Assembly: GCA_963828195.1 (NCBI GenBank)
Contig: CAWHDT010000001.1
Location: forward strand, 352,001 to 416,000
DNA from: Candidatus Bathyarchaeota archaeon
GTDB taxonomy: Archaea > Thermoproteota > Bathyarchaeia > Bathyarchaeales > Bathycorpusculaceae
Reading direction: 5' to 3'
Length of the DNA stretch: 64,000 bases
Shown here: one piece after another, positions 20,141-29,941 of the stretch
Numbering within the stretch: the first letter of the stretch is position 1
How the letters are laid out: each line of letters opens with the position of its first letter
The notes under the pieces: model-generated
Seen by the model: only the letters and a program-made list of their open reading frames with translations
Databases searched by the model: none
Told to the model about the DNA's origin: nothing
Program-made: the position numbers and the translations under genes

Positions 20141-21487
20141 ATGAAAAAAACAGCAGCATGTCTATTAGTACTCTTAGCCCTCGCTTTCTTAATTTTTCCA
20201 TTAACCAATCTGGCTAAAGCTCAAAACGGGCCAACAGTGACCCTTACACCTTCACAAGTTACTGTAAGCCAAGTAAACCAAATTTTCGCAATTAGCATCA
20301 CAATATCTAATGTTCAAAACCTATTTTCGTGGGAAGCAGATGTGTATTGGGACCCGACAGTTCTTAACCTGACAAGTACTCCTGCGGAAGGCAACTTTCT
20401 GTCAGATTCAGGAGCGTATAACACCGAATTCATTCCAATAAGTATAAACACTGTACATTATCCGCCGCCTTCGAACATACCCAACGATGCAGGCGAGGAC
20501 ATTTCAGGCATAATTCTTTCTCAAGGTGGCGTCAATGGCACTGGAACTTTAGCTACACTTCAATTCCAAGTAGTAGCCGAAAGTGCATCAACCACAATAT
20601 ACCTCTATATCGTCGGCCTCAGTGCATACTCTCTAGCTAGTAATGGTGCAGGGGTCGACATTACTCCAACATCGAATTCCGCAACCGCAACCGTCTCATT
20701 TGCCTCCACAGGAGCACCATCAGCAAATGCTGGCCCAGACCAAACAGTTTCAGAAGGCTCAACCGTAACCTTTGACGGATCAAAATCGATTTCCACAGGC
20801 TCCAACCCAACTTACAAATGGACCTTCAACGACACCACACCACAAACACTTACCGGCGTGACTCAAACCTACACATTTAACACTCCAGGAATATACCTTG
20901 TCACCTTAACTCTCACAGACTCATACGGTACCAGCACCTCCACAGTAACTATAACGGTGCAAAGCAACTCCCCGCCAGTCGCAGAAATCACAATTGAGGG
21001 ACTTACTCAGGGACAAAATGCCGCAACGGGACAACCAATTACCTTCGACGGGTCAGGAAGCTACGAAGCGAACAACGGAACCATAGCAAAGTACATCTGG
21101 GCAGCTTCTTCAGGAGCCGCAGACGACTTAGTCGATACGACACAAATAGGCTCAGATGTCACAATAACTCACACCTTTTCAGACCCGGGAGAGTACAACA
21201 TAACTTTAACGGTTTTCGATGCGACAAATCTTACCGCCACAAACTCAACCACACTTACAGTCGTGAAAGGCACAAGCACTAGTCCTTCTCCCACTGAAAC
21301 CTCAACTCCAAACACAGGCTCAAGTCCTTCTCCTGCAACCTCAAGTTCAAACACAAGCTCCCCTACTCCAGTCCCAGACACCACCATACAATCATCTGGT
21401 GTGCCCCCAGACATTTTAGCTATCTTGATAATAGTTACAATTGCTGTTTTGGCAGGCTCAACCTTCTGGCTACGAAAAAGAACTTGA
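20141..21487 (+). CDS. Membrane-anchored cohesin + 2 PKD domains
   Basis: ISNVQNLFSW...WDPTVLNL...EGNFL...GTLATLQF; ANAGPDQTV..G.TVTFDGS; S/T/P linker; C-terminal TM + RKRT. Confidence 0.87.
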   Translation: MKKTAACLLVLLALAFLIFPLTNLAKAQNGPTVTLTPSQVTVSQVNQIFAISITISNVQNLFSWEADVYWDPTVLNLTSTPAEGNFLSDSGAYNTEFIPISINTVHYPPPSNIPNDAGEDISGIILSQGGVNGTGTLATLQFQVVAESASTTIYLYIVGLSAYSLASNGAGVDITPTSNSATATVSFASTGAPSANAGPDQTVSEGSTVTFDGSKSISTGSNPTYKWTFNDTTPQTLTGVTQTYTFNTPGIYLVTLTLTDSYGTSTSTVTITVQSNSPPVAEITIEGLTQGQNAATGQPITFDGSGSYEANNGTIAKYIWAASSGAADDLVDTTQIGSDVTITHTFSDPGEYNITLTVFDATNLTATNSTTLTVVKGTSTSPSPTETSTPNTGSSPSPATSSSNTSSPTPVPDTTIQSSGVPPDILAILIIVTIAVLAGSTFWLRKRT

Positions 21488-21516
21488 GACACAAAAATTT
21501 GCTGCTCTAAAACATT

Positions 21517-21570
21517 TTCTATATAGATTATACAGAACACAATATACTATTTTCGATAACCTGAATAATT
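21517..21570 (+). promoter_or_regulatory. Shared upstream element, copy 2
   Basis: TTCTATATAGATTATACAGAACACAATATACTATTTTCGATAACCTGAATAATT. Confidence 0.65.
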
Positions 21571-21606
21571 CCATGGCTGACAGTAGTGGGCGGGAGAAAA
21601 ATTTAC

Positions 21607-22383
21607 ATGAATAAACCGCTGATAGTAGTGTTTTTAATCGCAATCACATTGACAACCATATTTGCATTAAGCGTTGCAAACGCCGCAGCTACAACGCCAA
21701 CTGTCGGCGTTGATTCAGCTACTCAGCAGTTTCCTTCCGCGCAAGTCGGAGATTTAATTCAAGTAAATATTACCGTAAGCAACGTCCAAGACCTTTGGTC
21801 ATGGTCCATGGTTAATCTTACATATAACCCTAGAATCTTAAATATAACTCGAGCAACTGAAGGTCCTTTTCTTCAACGAGCAGGACAAACAGAATTCGTT
21901 TGGCCCTATAATCCTGCAGGCGTCAGCATGGGCTTGATTCCAGAAATAGATAACATACTGCTTGAACAAGCGTCTGAAAGCGGTAGTGGCGTGCTTGTAA
22001 CATTAACCTTCCAAGTAATATCTTTAGGCACTTCTCCACTTTCCTTCGGTCAAATGGTAATGTATAACTCCAGCCAAATTGCCAACATTGAAAACCCCAT
22101 AGCAATGAACGTCAACGCAGTCAACGCAAACATAGTAGTTGGAAGCTCATCCAATCCAACAGCTAGCGCTTCATCGACTAATCCGACTCAAACCCCTTCA
22201 AACTTGGCACCGGAATTCCCCCTGACTGTCATGCTTGCATTGTTGATTATTGCTGTAACCGCGACGACTCTGTTTATTGTTCGAAACAATAGACACGGAA
22301 AAAAAACTAGCAACTTTACCTTCTTTGTCAACACAGCAAACTTTTCAGCTATCATGTCGGCACTTCGAAACCTTTCCATTTAA
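21607..22383 (+). CDS. Single cohesin with PEF-CTERM-like sorting signal
   Basis: Probable ATG at 21607; cohesin VNITVSNVQDLWSW...YNPRIL...EGPFL...GVLVTLTFQV; APEFP-TM-RNNRHGKK. Confidence 0.85.
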   Translation: MNKPLIVVFLIAITLTTIFALSVANAAATTPTVGVDSATQQFPSAQVGDLIQVNITVSNVQDLWSWSMVNLTYNPRILNITRATEGPFLQRAGQTEFVWPYNPAGVSMGLIPEIDNILLEQASESGSGVLVTLTFQVISLGTSPLSFGQMVMYNSSQIANIENPIAMNVNAVNANIVVGSSSNPTASASSTNPTQTPSNLAPEFPLTVMLALLIIAVTATTLFIVRNNRHGKKTSNFTFFVNTANFSAIMSALRNLSI

Positions 22384-22596
22384 CAGTTTAGTGTTTATCT
22401 TTAATTCAATGCCTTTGCTCTGTTGATTAAGCGATTATCCGCAAAAATGGGGGACATTATCTCGATCTACACAAATTACAAGTTAAGGTTAAAGAAATCT
22501 TACCTGCTTTACATAAACGGAAGGGAGAGTTTTATGCGTTCTACAAGAAGTGGCACATTTCAATGTGGCTTAGTTCAAAGTGATAAAGCGAGGGCA

Positions 22597-23439
22597 CTGA
22601 AGCGTAAAACCTCACTTTGTTCACTCTTAGTTATCATTATTGCAATATCGGTCTTTTCCATGGAATTCCACCTTGTTAGCGCTGACAACACCTCCACCCC
22701 GGTGCTTAGTGTTGTTCCAACAGGCGCACCTGGTGCCACTGTTAATTCAACCCAGATACCTGCTGTTGCTGTTGGTTCAACGTTTACCGTAGATATTCGC
22801 GTCAACAATATTGGAAATGTTACCCCTGGTATCGACGGTTTAAGCTACTCTCTAACCTACGACCCATCAGTACTTAACGTGACGGCCTTCCAAACAAAAC
22901 AAACATCATTTTGGGGTTACGACAGCAGCGACATTACATCAATCGTCACCCAAGTGCCAGCCGGCACCTTTACGGAGAGCGCTATTATCCTTCCTTCTGG
23001 TGCTCCTGATGAAGCCACAAATACGCCTGGGGTTGCGACACAAGTAACTTTTACGGTGCTTGCGGCTGGTCAGAGCAATATTACTTTTGCGCCAAGTGAT
23101 GTGGGAATTGCTTTTTTAGATTATCCAGACAGCGCAGGCGTTGGCCACGATATAGTCGCCAGCACAGTAGACGCAATCTACGGGGTTTTGCCTTCTCCAA
23201 CACAGACTCTATCCCCTTCTCCCACACTGATTCTAACTCCTTCACCTAAACCGACTTTAACCACTACTCAATCAGAAACAGCCTCAACTACAGTTTCACC
23301 TTCGTCTACCTTGCCGAGAGAAGTTTTATCAAACTCAACACCGGAATTTCCTGTAACTCTTATACTGGCTTTGCTGATCATTACCGTAACATTATCAACC
23401 CTGAAATTTTCCAAAAATAGAAAAGCTAGAAAGAAATAA
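22597..23439 (+). CDS. Single cohesin with PEF-CTERM-like sorting signal
   Basis: Start placed by homology: CTG AAG CGT AAA matches GTG/ATG AAA CAT AAA in the paralogs; ATG at 22534 is an alternative. Cohesin, S/P/T linker, TPEFP-TM-RKARKK. Confidence 0.82.
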   Translation: MKRKTSLCSLLVIIIAISVFSMEFHLVSADNTSTPVLSVVPTGAPGATVNSTQIPAVAVGSTFTVDIRVNNIGNVTPGIDGLSYSLTYDPSVLNVTAFQTKQTSFWGYDSSDITSIVTQVPAGTFTESAIILPSGAPDEATNTPGVATQVTFTVLAAGQSNITFAPSDVGIAFLDYPDSAGVGHDIVASTVDAIYGVLPSPTQTLSPSPTLILTPSPKPTLTTTQSETASTTVSPSSTLPREVLSNSTPEFPVTLILALLIITVTLSTLKFSKNRKARKK

Positions 23440-23879
23440 CAGCTTTCTTATTTTTTACTCGGACAAACTCTTGCAAATCATTAAACGATTTGCAATTACT
23501 AGTAATTTCAGTCAACAAAGAGTTACAAAGGCTGAATAGATTCTGCCCGAATATTTAAGGAGATAATAGCTAGCTGCTATCTTTGATACTCATGGTCATT
23601 AGTCCGGAAAAAAGCATTGCTGTTGTTAACATCGCAGTTTATTGATTAGTTACAAACAGGTAATTCTACATCAGTAACATTAATTGCTCTTTGAATAACT
23701 TGGAGTGTAGTTGGATTTGTTTTAGTTGAAGCTTGGTCTTGTAGAAAAGCCGACAGCACTCCATTACTTCAACCATCAAGTATTAGTTGAAATCAAGCTG
23801 GGTAGCCTTCAAACTGTATCTAGTCAGGAAATTCAGCAATAGTCCTAAATAAAATACAGTGGGTTAATAATAGAAAATT

Positions 23880-23933
23880 TTCTATATAGTTAATACAGAA
23901 CTCAATAGACTATTATCGATAACCTGAATAATT
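23880..23933 (+). promoter_or_regulatory. Shared upstream element, copy 3
   Basis: TTCTATATAGTTAATACAGAACTCAATAGACTATTATCGATAACCTGAATAATT. Confidence 0.65.
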
Positions 23934-23968
23934 GCCAGTAAAACATTAGCGCAGAGAAGGAATTAACC

Positions 23969-24760
23969 GTGAAAAAATTGGCTCTATCCTTGCTTTTTGT
24001 AGCAGTCATGCTAGCAAGCCTCATCATGATAAACCCAACACACGCCAGTGTTACGCCAACAATAACCGTTGATCCAGCTACTCAACAGTTCCCTTCCGCA
24101 CAAGTCGGAAACACAATTCAGGTTAACATCACCATAAGTAACGTCCAAAATCTATGGGCCTGGGGAATAGACTTAATCATTTATAACCCTACAATTTTGA
24201 ATTTAACAAGTGTAGCAGAAGGTCCTTTTCTTCAGGAATCGGGACAACAAACACTTTTCATAGCGGATTATACGGCATACTATAGCGAAAATTATGGCTA
24301 CATTAATCAAACTAACGACATAATTGACAGTTCTTATACTGGCGTCAACGGAAGCGGTGTTCTTGCGACTTTGGGCTTTCAAGTTTTATCTATAGGAACT
24401 TCACAAATTGATTTTACCCCGCCAAACCTTAGAGATTCAAGCCAAAACCCCATCACATGCAATGCAGTTAACGTAACCTTAACCGTAGGAACCCCATCGA
24501 ACCCCACCGCTAGCCCATCCCCGACTCCTATAACAACTGCTTTGCCAACACCTACACTAACCACTTCACCTACACCCACAACTTCACCGACCCAATCAGA
24601 CAGCACCTCACCCGCAGCTTCAGCATCTCCCTCCCCGACTCAAAGCCCACCAAACTCAGCACCCGAATTCCCAACGGCCTTCGTGCTGCTTTCATTAATC
24701 CTTGCTGTAACGATTTGCACTCTATTGATTGCCCAAAACAATAAACACAGAAAAAAATAG
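23969..24760 (+). CDS. Single cohesin with PEF-CTERM-like sorting signal (paralog of 21607)
   Basis: ATQQFPSAQVG..IQVNIT.SNVQ.LW; APEFP-TM-KHRKK. Confidence 0.85.
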   Translation: MKKLALSLLFVAVMLASLIMINPTHASVTPTITVDPATQQFPSAQVGNTIQVNITISNVQNLWAWGIDLIIYNPTILNLTSVAEGPFLQESGQQTLFIADYTAYYSENYGYINQTNDIIDSSYTGVNGSGVLATLGFQVLSIGTSQIDFTPPNLRDSSQNPITCNAVNVTLTVGTPSNPTASPSPTPITTALPTPTLTTSPTPTTSPTQSDSTSPAASASPSPTQSPPNSAPEFPTAFVLLSLILAVTICTLLIAQNNKHRKK

Positions 24761-25054
24761 CGCTCCTTCACCTTTTTTATTACCCGTATCAAACTATTCA
24801 GCTTAAGCGTTGCCAAATAACAAAAGTTTTATTGAGATCAATGCTTATTCCTGATTCAATATTTCCACATTCGTCAATCGTAACAGATTATAGTAAAAGG
24901 GGAAAACTATATTGACTATACTAATTATTTAGTTAACGTTAAAAAACCCCGACCACTTACTCCATCATGAAAGGAGAGAATTCTACGAGGTCTACGAAAA
25001 GTAGCTCCAGCCCTCATCAAGCTGGATTTGTTCAAATTCATAAAGGTGAGCTAA

Positions 25055-26725
25055 GTGAAACATAAAAGCGCACTTTGCTTATTCTTAGTTATAATTATAG
25101 GCATATCCGTTCTTTCTATGACATTCCATCTCATTAGTGCCGACAACAGCACTGAACCTATTTTAAGTGTTGTTCCAACAGGCGCACCTGGTGCCACTGT
25201 TAATTCAACCCAGATACCTGCTGTTGCTGTCGGTTCAACATTTACTGTAGACATTCGCGTTAACAATATTGCCAGTGTTACTCAAGGGATTAATGGTTTA
25301 AGCTACAGTCTAACTTATGATCCAACGGTACTCCAGTTAACGGCACATACCACAAAACTAGCATCATTCTGGGGTGACACAGCTGGCGACGTTACATCAA
25401 TCGTCACTCAAAGCAGCGGCGTCTTCACCGAAGCTGCAATCATCATTCCATCCGGAGCGCCAGATGAATCTACAACCACACCAGGTGTTGCAACACAATT
25501 AACCTTCACAGTGCTAACTACAGGACAAAGTAACCTTAACTTCCAGCCGAGCGATGTTGGTGTTGCATACTTAGGCTATCCAGATAGCGCAGGAGTTAGC
25601 CACGACGTAGTTGCTAACCCAGTAGACGCAGTATACGGGGCTTCGTCTTCTCCGACCCCAACTCCAACAACTAGTCCCTCACCAACTCCAACTCCCACAC
25701 CAACCACTCCCCCTACATCCGGCTCGATTCAAGATCCAAAAGCAATAATTAACATCCAAAATGGAACAACATATCAACTTGGCGGCCAAATAGCGTTAGA
25801 CGGGAGCTCCTCAACTCCAGGCTTCGATGGAACTCCATGTCCTATATCCAATTACGCTTGGTTAGTTCAATATCAAAACAATTCAGTATTAGGGGTTTAT
25901 AGTGGTCCAACGGTATCAATTACACCAACCGGCATCGCTGCTCTGAATGTAACCTTAATCGTAACAGCTATGGACCTTAATCCTAGTCCAAGTCCAAGTT
26001 ACACAAACACTTCTTACGCTACGGTTTGGATAAATGTTGAATCACCTCAGCAGTTAACACAGATTGATGTTTTCACAAATAACGGCGGAATCGGACAAGA
26101 TGTTGCCAGTGGTCCCTTTGCCCCACAACAACTAGTTCAAGTATACGCCTATGTTACTTACGGCGGTGCTTCCGTAGCAAACAAGGACGTAGCCTTTACT
26201 GTTCTTAGCCCTAACGGCACAATTGTTGCAGTCGAATCTGCCTTAACAAACTCAACTGGATACGCATATATTGCTTATAGGACACCTTGGCTTGATAACG
26301 CCCCTACAGATTTCGGCATTTGGTCAATCATCGCTACAGTTGACATAGCCCAAGTTATAGTAACTGACACAGTTACATTCGATTACAACTACTTGGTCAC
26401 AATCAATGGTATAACATTGCCCCAATCCGTTGACAGACAGTCTCCAATAACCATCAGTGTTGCTATCCAAGACACAGACAACACAACACTTCCAATAACT
26501 GTTACCTTTACAATATGTGACGCAAACCAAGTGCCAATAGACACGTATATTTCCAATCCAATTACTATAACGCAAAGCACATCAGTTACCGAAACATTCA
26601 CAATTCCTTCATGGGCATTCGTCGGAACAGCAACAGTTTATGTCAATGTTTTGACTACTACTCCAGGAGGTACTTCAGTCCCATATTCACCTGAAGAAAC
26701 AGCAACCTTCCAAATACTCTCTTAA
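25055..26725 (+). CDS. Cohesin + P/T linker + PKD-like domain + C-terminal module
   Basis: Cohesin; LDGSSSTPG; FAPQQLVQVYAYVTY...IPSWAFVGTATVYV...VPYSPE. Confidence 0.85.
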   Translation: MKHKSALCLFLVIIIGISVLSMTFHLISADNSTEPILSVVPTGAPGATVNSTQIPAVAVGSTFTVDIRVNNIASVTQGINGLSYSLTYDPTVLQLTAHTTKLASFWGDTAGDVTSIVTQSSGVFTEAAIIIPSGAPDESTTTPGVATQLTFTVLTTGQSNLNFQPSDVGVAYLGYPDSAGVSHDVVANPVDAVYGASSSPTPTPTTSPSPTPTPTPTTPPTSGSIQDPKAIINIQNGTTYQLGGQIALDGSSSTPGFDGTPCPISNYAWLVQYQNNSVLGVYSGPTVSITPTGIAALNVTLIVTAMDLNPSPSPSYTNTSYATVWINVESPQQLTQIDVFTNNGGIGQDVASGPFAPQQLVQVYAYVTYGGASVANKDVAFTVLSPNGTIVAVESALTNSTGYAYIAYRTPWLDNAPTDFGIWSIIATVDIAQVIVTDTVTFDYNYLVTINGITLPQSVDRQSPITISVAIQDTDNTTLPITVTFTICDANQVPIDTYISNPITITQSTSVTETFTIPSWAFVGTATVYVNVLTTTPGGTSVPYSPEETATFQILS

Positions 26726-26834
26726 GGTGAACATAAGCTGCTCAAAACAAACACGAGGATAACAGCGACTGAAAAAATCAGAAGCGTTCAATTAAGTCTA
26801 TTTCAGATGTTACGATTTTTCCGGGGTTGCACAA

Positions 26835-28445
26835 ATGAAACATAAAACTTTACTTTGCATACTTCTGGTTATTCTTATCGGCATTTCTGGTTTTTCCATG
26901 ACGTTTCATCTTATCAGCGCCGACGCCAGTACCACGCCTATACTTAGTGTTGTTCCAACTGGCGACCCTGGTGCCACTGTTAATTCAACCCAGATACCCG
27001 CTGTTGCTGTTGGTTCAACGTTTACTGTAGACATTCGCATAGACAATATTGGCAGTGTGACCCCGGGCATTAATGGCTTGAGTTACAACCTAACCTACAA
27101 CCCGTCGGTACTAAAGATTAGTGCTGACCACTCAAAACAGGCATCATTCTGGGGAGCAACAAGCTCTGACGTTGCATCAATAATCACTCAAATTCCTGGA
27201 ATATTAACCGAGAGTGCCCTCATTGTTCCCTCAGGTGCTCCCAATGAAGCTACAAACACGCCCGGGGTAGCAACACAAATAACCTTTACAGTCCTTGCAG
27301 CTGGTCAGAGCAATATTAGTTTTGCGCCAAGTGATGTTGGTGTTGCATACTTATGCTATCCAGACAGTGCAGGGAATAGTCATGATGTAGTGGCCAACAC
27401 CGTAGACGCCTTATATGGGTCGTCTGCAGGTTTAGTTTATGGTCCCACAGCTAACTTTACACCTGCTGACGGATCATCCTTTGCAGTGGGCTCAACAGTA
27501 AACTTAGATGCCAGTTCATCACAACCCGGCTTTGATGCACAAACATGCAACATAACAAACTACTCTTGGAGCGTCGAATATTTCAACGGAACAACATTCA
27601 CTTCGTTGACAGGAGAAACCGCAACATTCAAGGCTTCAGTTGACGGGATCTTTAGAATTATCCTAATAGTAACCGCGAACGATACCCAAGTCACTCACAA
27701 CCCAGAATATATAAGCACAAACAGCACAAGCGCCCTGATCAATGTCGTTTCCAGCCTTCAATCAGTTAACTTTGACGTGTTTACCAACCAAGGTGGAATT
27801 GGCCCTGGAGCAAGCGGTGGCCTATATGGGCCTCTTCAGCTTGTACAGATATATGCTTCCATGACAGACAGCAACGGGTTACCTATAACTGACCAAAATG
27901 TACTTTTCACAATACAAAATTCGAATAGCACGGTCATAGCAGTTATACAAGGAGTCACAAACGAAACAGGCTTAGCCTCCTGCAGCTTCAGACTTCCCAC
28001 CCCTGATCCTAATGCACCGCAAAACAACTTTGGAAAGTGGTCCATAACTGCGACGGCTAACGTTACGGGGACTCTGGTAAGTGATACCGCGAACTTCATT
28101 TTCAGCTATCAAAGCGGAATCGAAAACGTCACGATACCCACTAGCGTTCAAATATCAGAAACGCTGCCTATTCAGCTAACGATAAACAACCAGCAACTCT
28201 CTTCACAGTTGACGCAATTAAGCATCACTATATTTGATCAAGCAGGCATACCCATCGGGTCAACCACCATTGCTACAACTCAACAAACGCAAAATATCAC
28301 TGTCATAGACGCCGCTATCACCATCCCGCCGTGGGCATACACTGGACAAGCAACCGCTTACTTCTGCCTGCTAACAAACACAACAAACACACAATACATC
28401 CCGATAGCGCCAGAAACCTCAGTCACCTTCCAAATAATGCCTTAA
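26835..28445 (+). CDS. Cohesin + PKD-like domain + C-terminal module
   Basis: Cohesin; LDASSSQPG; YGPLQLVQIYA...IPPWAYTGQATAY...IPIAPE. Confidence 0.85.
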   Translation: MKHKTLLCILLVILIGISGFSMTFHLISADASTTPILSVVPTGDPGATVNSTQIPAVAVGSTFTVDIRIDNIGSVTPGINGLSYNLTYNPSVLKISADHSKQASFWGATSSDVASIITQIPGILTESALIVPSGAPNEATNTPGVATQITFTVLAAGQSNISFAPSDVGVAYLCYPDSAGNSHDVVANTVDALYGSSAGLVYGPTANFTPADGSSFAVGSTVNLDASSSQPGFDAQTCNITNYSWSVEYFNGTTFTSLTGETATFKASVDGIFRIILIVTANDTQVTHNPEYISTNSTSALINVVSSLQSVNFDVFTNQGGIGPGASGGLYGPLQLVQIYASMTDSNGLPITDQNVLFTIQNSNSTVIAVIQGVTNETGLASCSFRLPTPDPNAPQNNFGKWSITATANVTGTLVSDTANFIFSYQSGIENVTIPTSVQISETLPIQLTINNQQLSSQLTQLSITIFDQAGIPIGSTTIATTQQTQNITVIDAAITIPPWAYTGQATAYFCLLTNTTNTQYIPIAPETSVTFQIMP

Positions 28446-28588
28446 AGAAATGGTCTAAGTCTGCCACCGATGTCCTATACGCCAAATTGCACCTAAATAG
28501 TTTGAATAAAAAATATTGTCCCTCTGTTTTCTATAGCGAAAAATATCAAATACCATCTCACTATTCTCAATACATCGGAGAACGTATT

Positions 28589-29728
28589 ATGAGAAAAAAA
28601 GTAATATCAATTATTTTTTTATTAATTCTTAGCCTATCAGCTCTTTCCATGGCAATTCATCTTATCAGCGCAGATTCCACCACACCAGTGTTAAGTGTTG
28701 TCCCTACGGGCGACCCAGGCGCTACTAGCACAACAGATATACCGGCCGTCGCAGTCGGTTCAACCTTCAGTGTGGATATCCGCGTCAACAATATCGGCAG
28801 CATTAGTCCAGGCATTAATGGCTTAAGCTATACTCTAACATACAATTCGGCGGTTCTTAACGTGACTTCTTATCACACTAAGCAAACGTCATTTTGGGGT
28901 TCTACAGCAGCAAGCGATCTTACATCAATCGTTGTTCAAAAGCCCGCTGGCACTTTTACTGAGTCCTCTATTATCGTTCCATCCGGTGCTCCTGATGAAT
29001 CTACAAATACTCCTGGTGTTGCAACGCAAATAACTTTCACGGTGCTTTCGACGGGCAGTAGCAACATTACTTTTTCGCCAAGTGATGTCGGTGTTGCCTA
29101 CTTAACTTATCCAGACAGCTTAGGAAATAGCCACGACGTAGTGACCACAACAGAAAACGCAATATACAATCTGCAAGCTTCACCTACTCCATCTCCAACT
29201 CCTATTCCTACATCCTCTCCAACGCCTACTCCTACCCCCTCTCAAACGCCGAACCCAGCTCTTACAACAACAACTACTGGTATCACTTTTTCACCTAATC
29301 CTGCTAACGCCAATACATCAATAACTTTTACGGCAACAGTAACCGGTTCCTCGCCATCAGGGACAATAACCTGGTTCACAAACAGCACTACAGGAACTTT
29401 TACTCCCAGTACTAATCAAACTTCATTAACCGCTGGCACTTCGTCAATAACATATCTTGATTTACAAAAAGGCAACATAACTGTAACGGCAAACTATAGC
29501 GGAGATTCAAACAATAATCCCAGCAGCAATACCATTAATGTAACCATATATCCAGTAGACGACTTCTTACACAACAACGAAGTAAACTTTAAAGACGTAG
29601 TATTTTTTGTTGTTGCTTACATAAACTACAACCAATATGGCATTTATAACCCTGCATGCGACTTGAACCACGACGGAAAAATAAACTTCAACGACCTGGT
29701 ACTCTTCGTTGAGGCATACTCAGCCTAA
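28589..29728 (+). CDS. Cohesin + Ig-like domain + dockerin (adaptor-like)
   Basis: ATG at 28589 begins a signal peptide; cohesin; NYSGDSNN Big_3-type domain; NEVNFKDV / DLNHDGKINFNDL. Confidence 0.85.
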   Translation: MRKKVISIIFLLILSLSALSMAIHLISADSTTPVLSVVPTGDPGATSTTDIPAVAVGSTFSVDIRVNNIGSISPGINGLSYTLTYNSAVLNVTSYHTKQTSFWGSTAASDLTSIVVQKPAGTFTESSIIVPSGAPDESTNTPGVATQITFTVLSTGSSNITFSPSDVGVAYLTYPDSLGNSHDVVTTTENAIYNLQASPTPSPTPIPTSSPTPTPTPSQTPNPALTTTTTGITFSPNPANANTSITFTATVTGSSPSGTITWFTNSTTGTFTPSTNQTSLTAGTSSITYLDLQKGNITVTANYSGDSNNNPSSNTINVTIYPVDDFLHNNEVNFKDVVFFVVAYINYNQYGIYNPACDLNHDGKINFNDLVLFVEAYSA

Positions 29729-29941
29729 GAATAAAACGTTAATGTAAAAGGAAAAAAAAAGAAATCAAACTTTTTTCCCCAAATTCTTTTTTTTAACAAC
29801 AATATAGTTTATTTTTGTTTAAAAAACAATATTATCTATTAAGACACAATTCATTCTAATGAACTTATCCAATAATCTATTGATAATATTTAGAAAAGCG
29901 CTAAATACCTTATTGACAGCCTCGCTTGGGAGAAGGTAAAC

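Noticed and set aside
24500-25710. Pro/Thr/Ser low-complexity tracts as tandem-repeat elements
   Set aside because: They are ordinary linkers of secreted proteins.
22423-28588. Long N-terminal extensions of the ORFs at 22423 and 28331
   Set aside because: Paralog alignment and signal peptides place the starts at about 22597 and 28589; the extensions run through promoter DNA.
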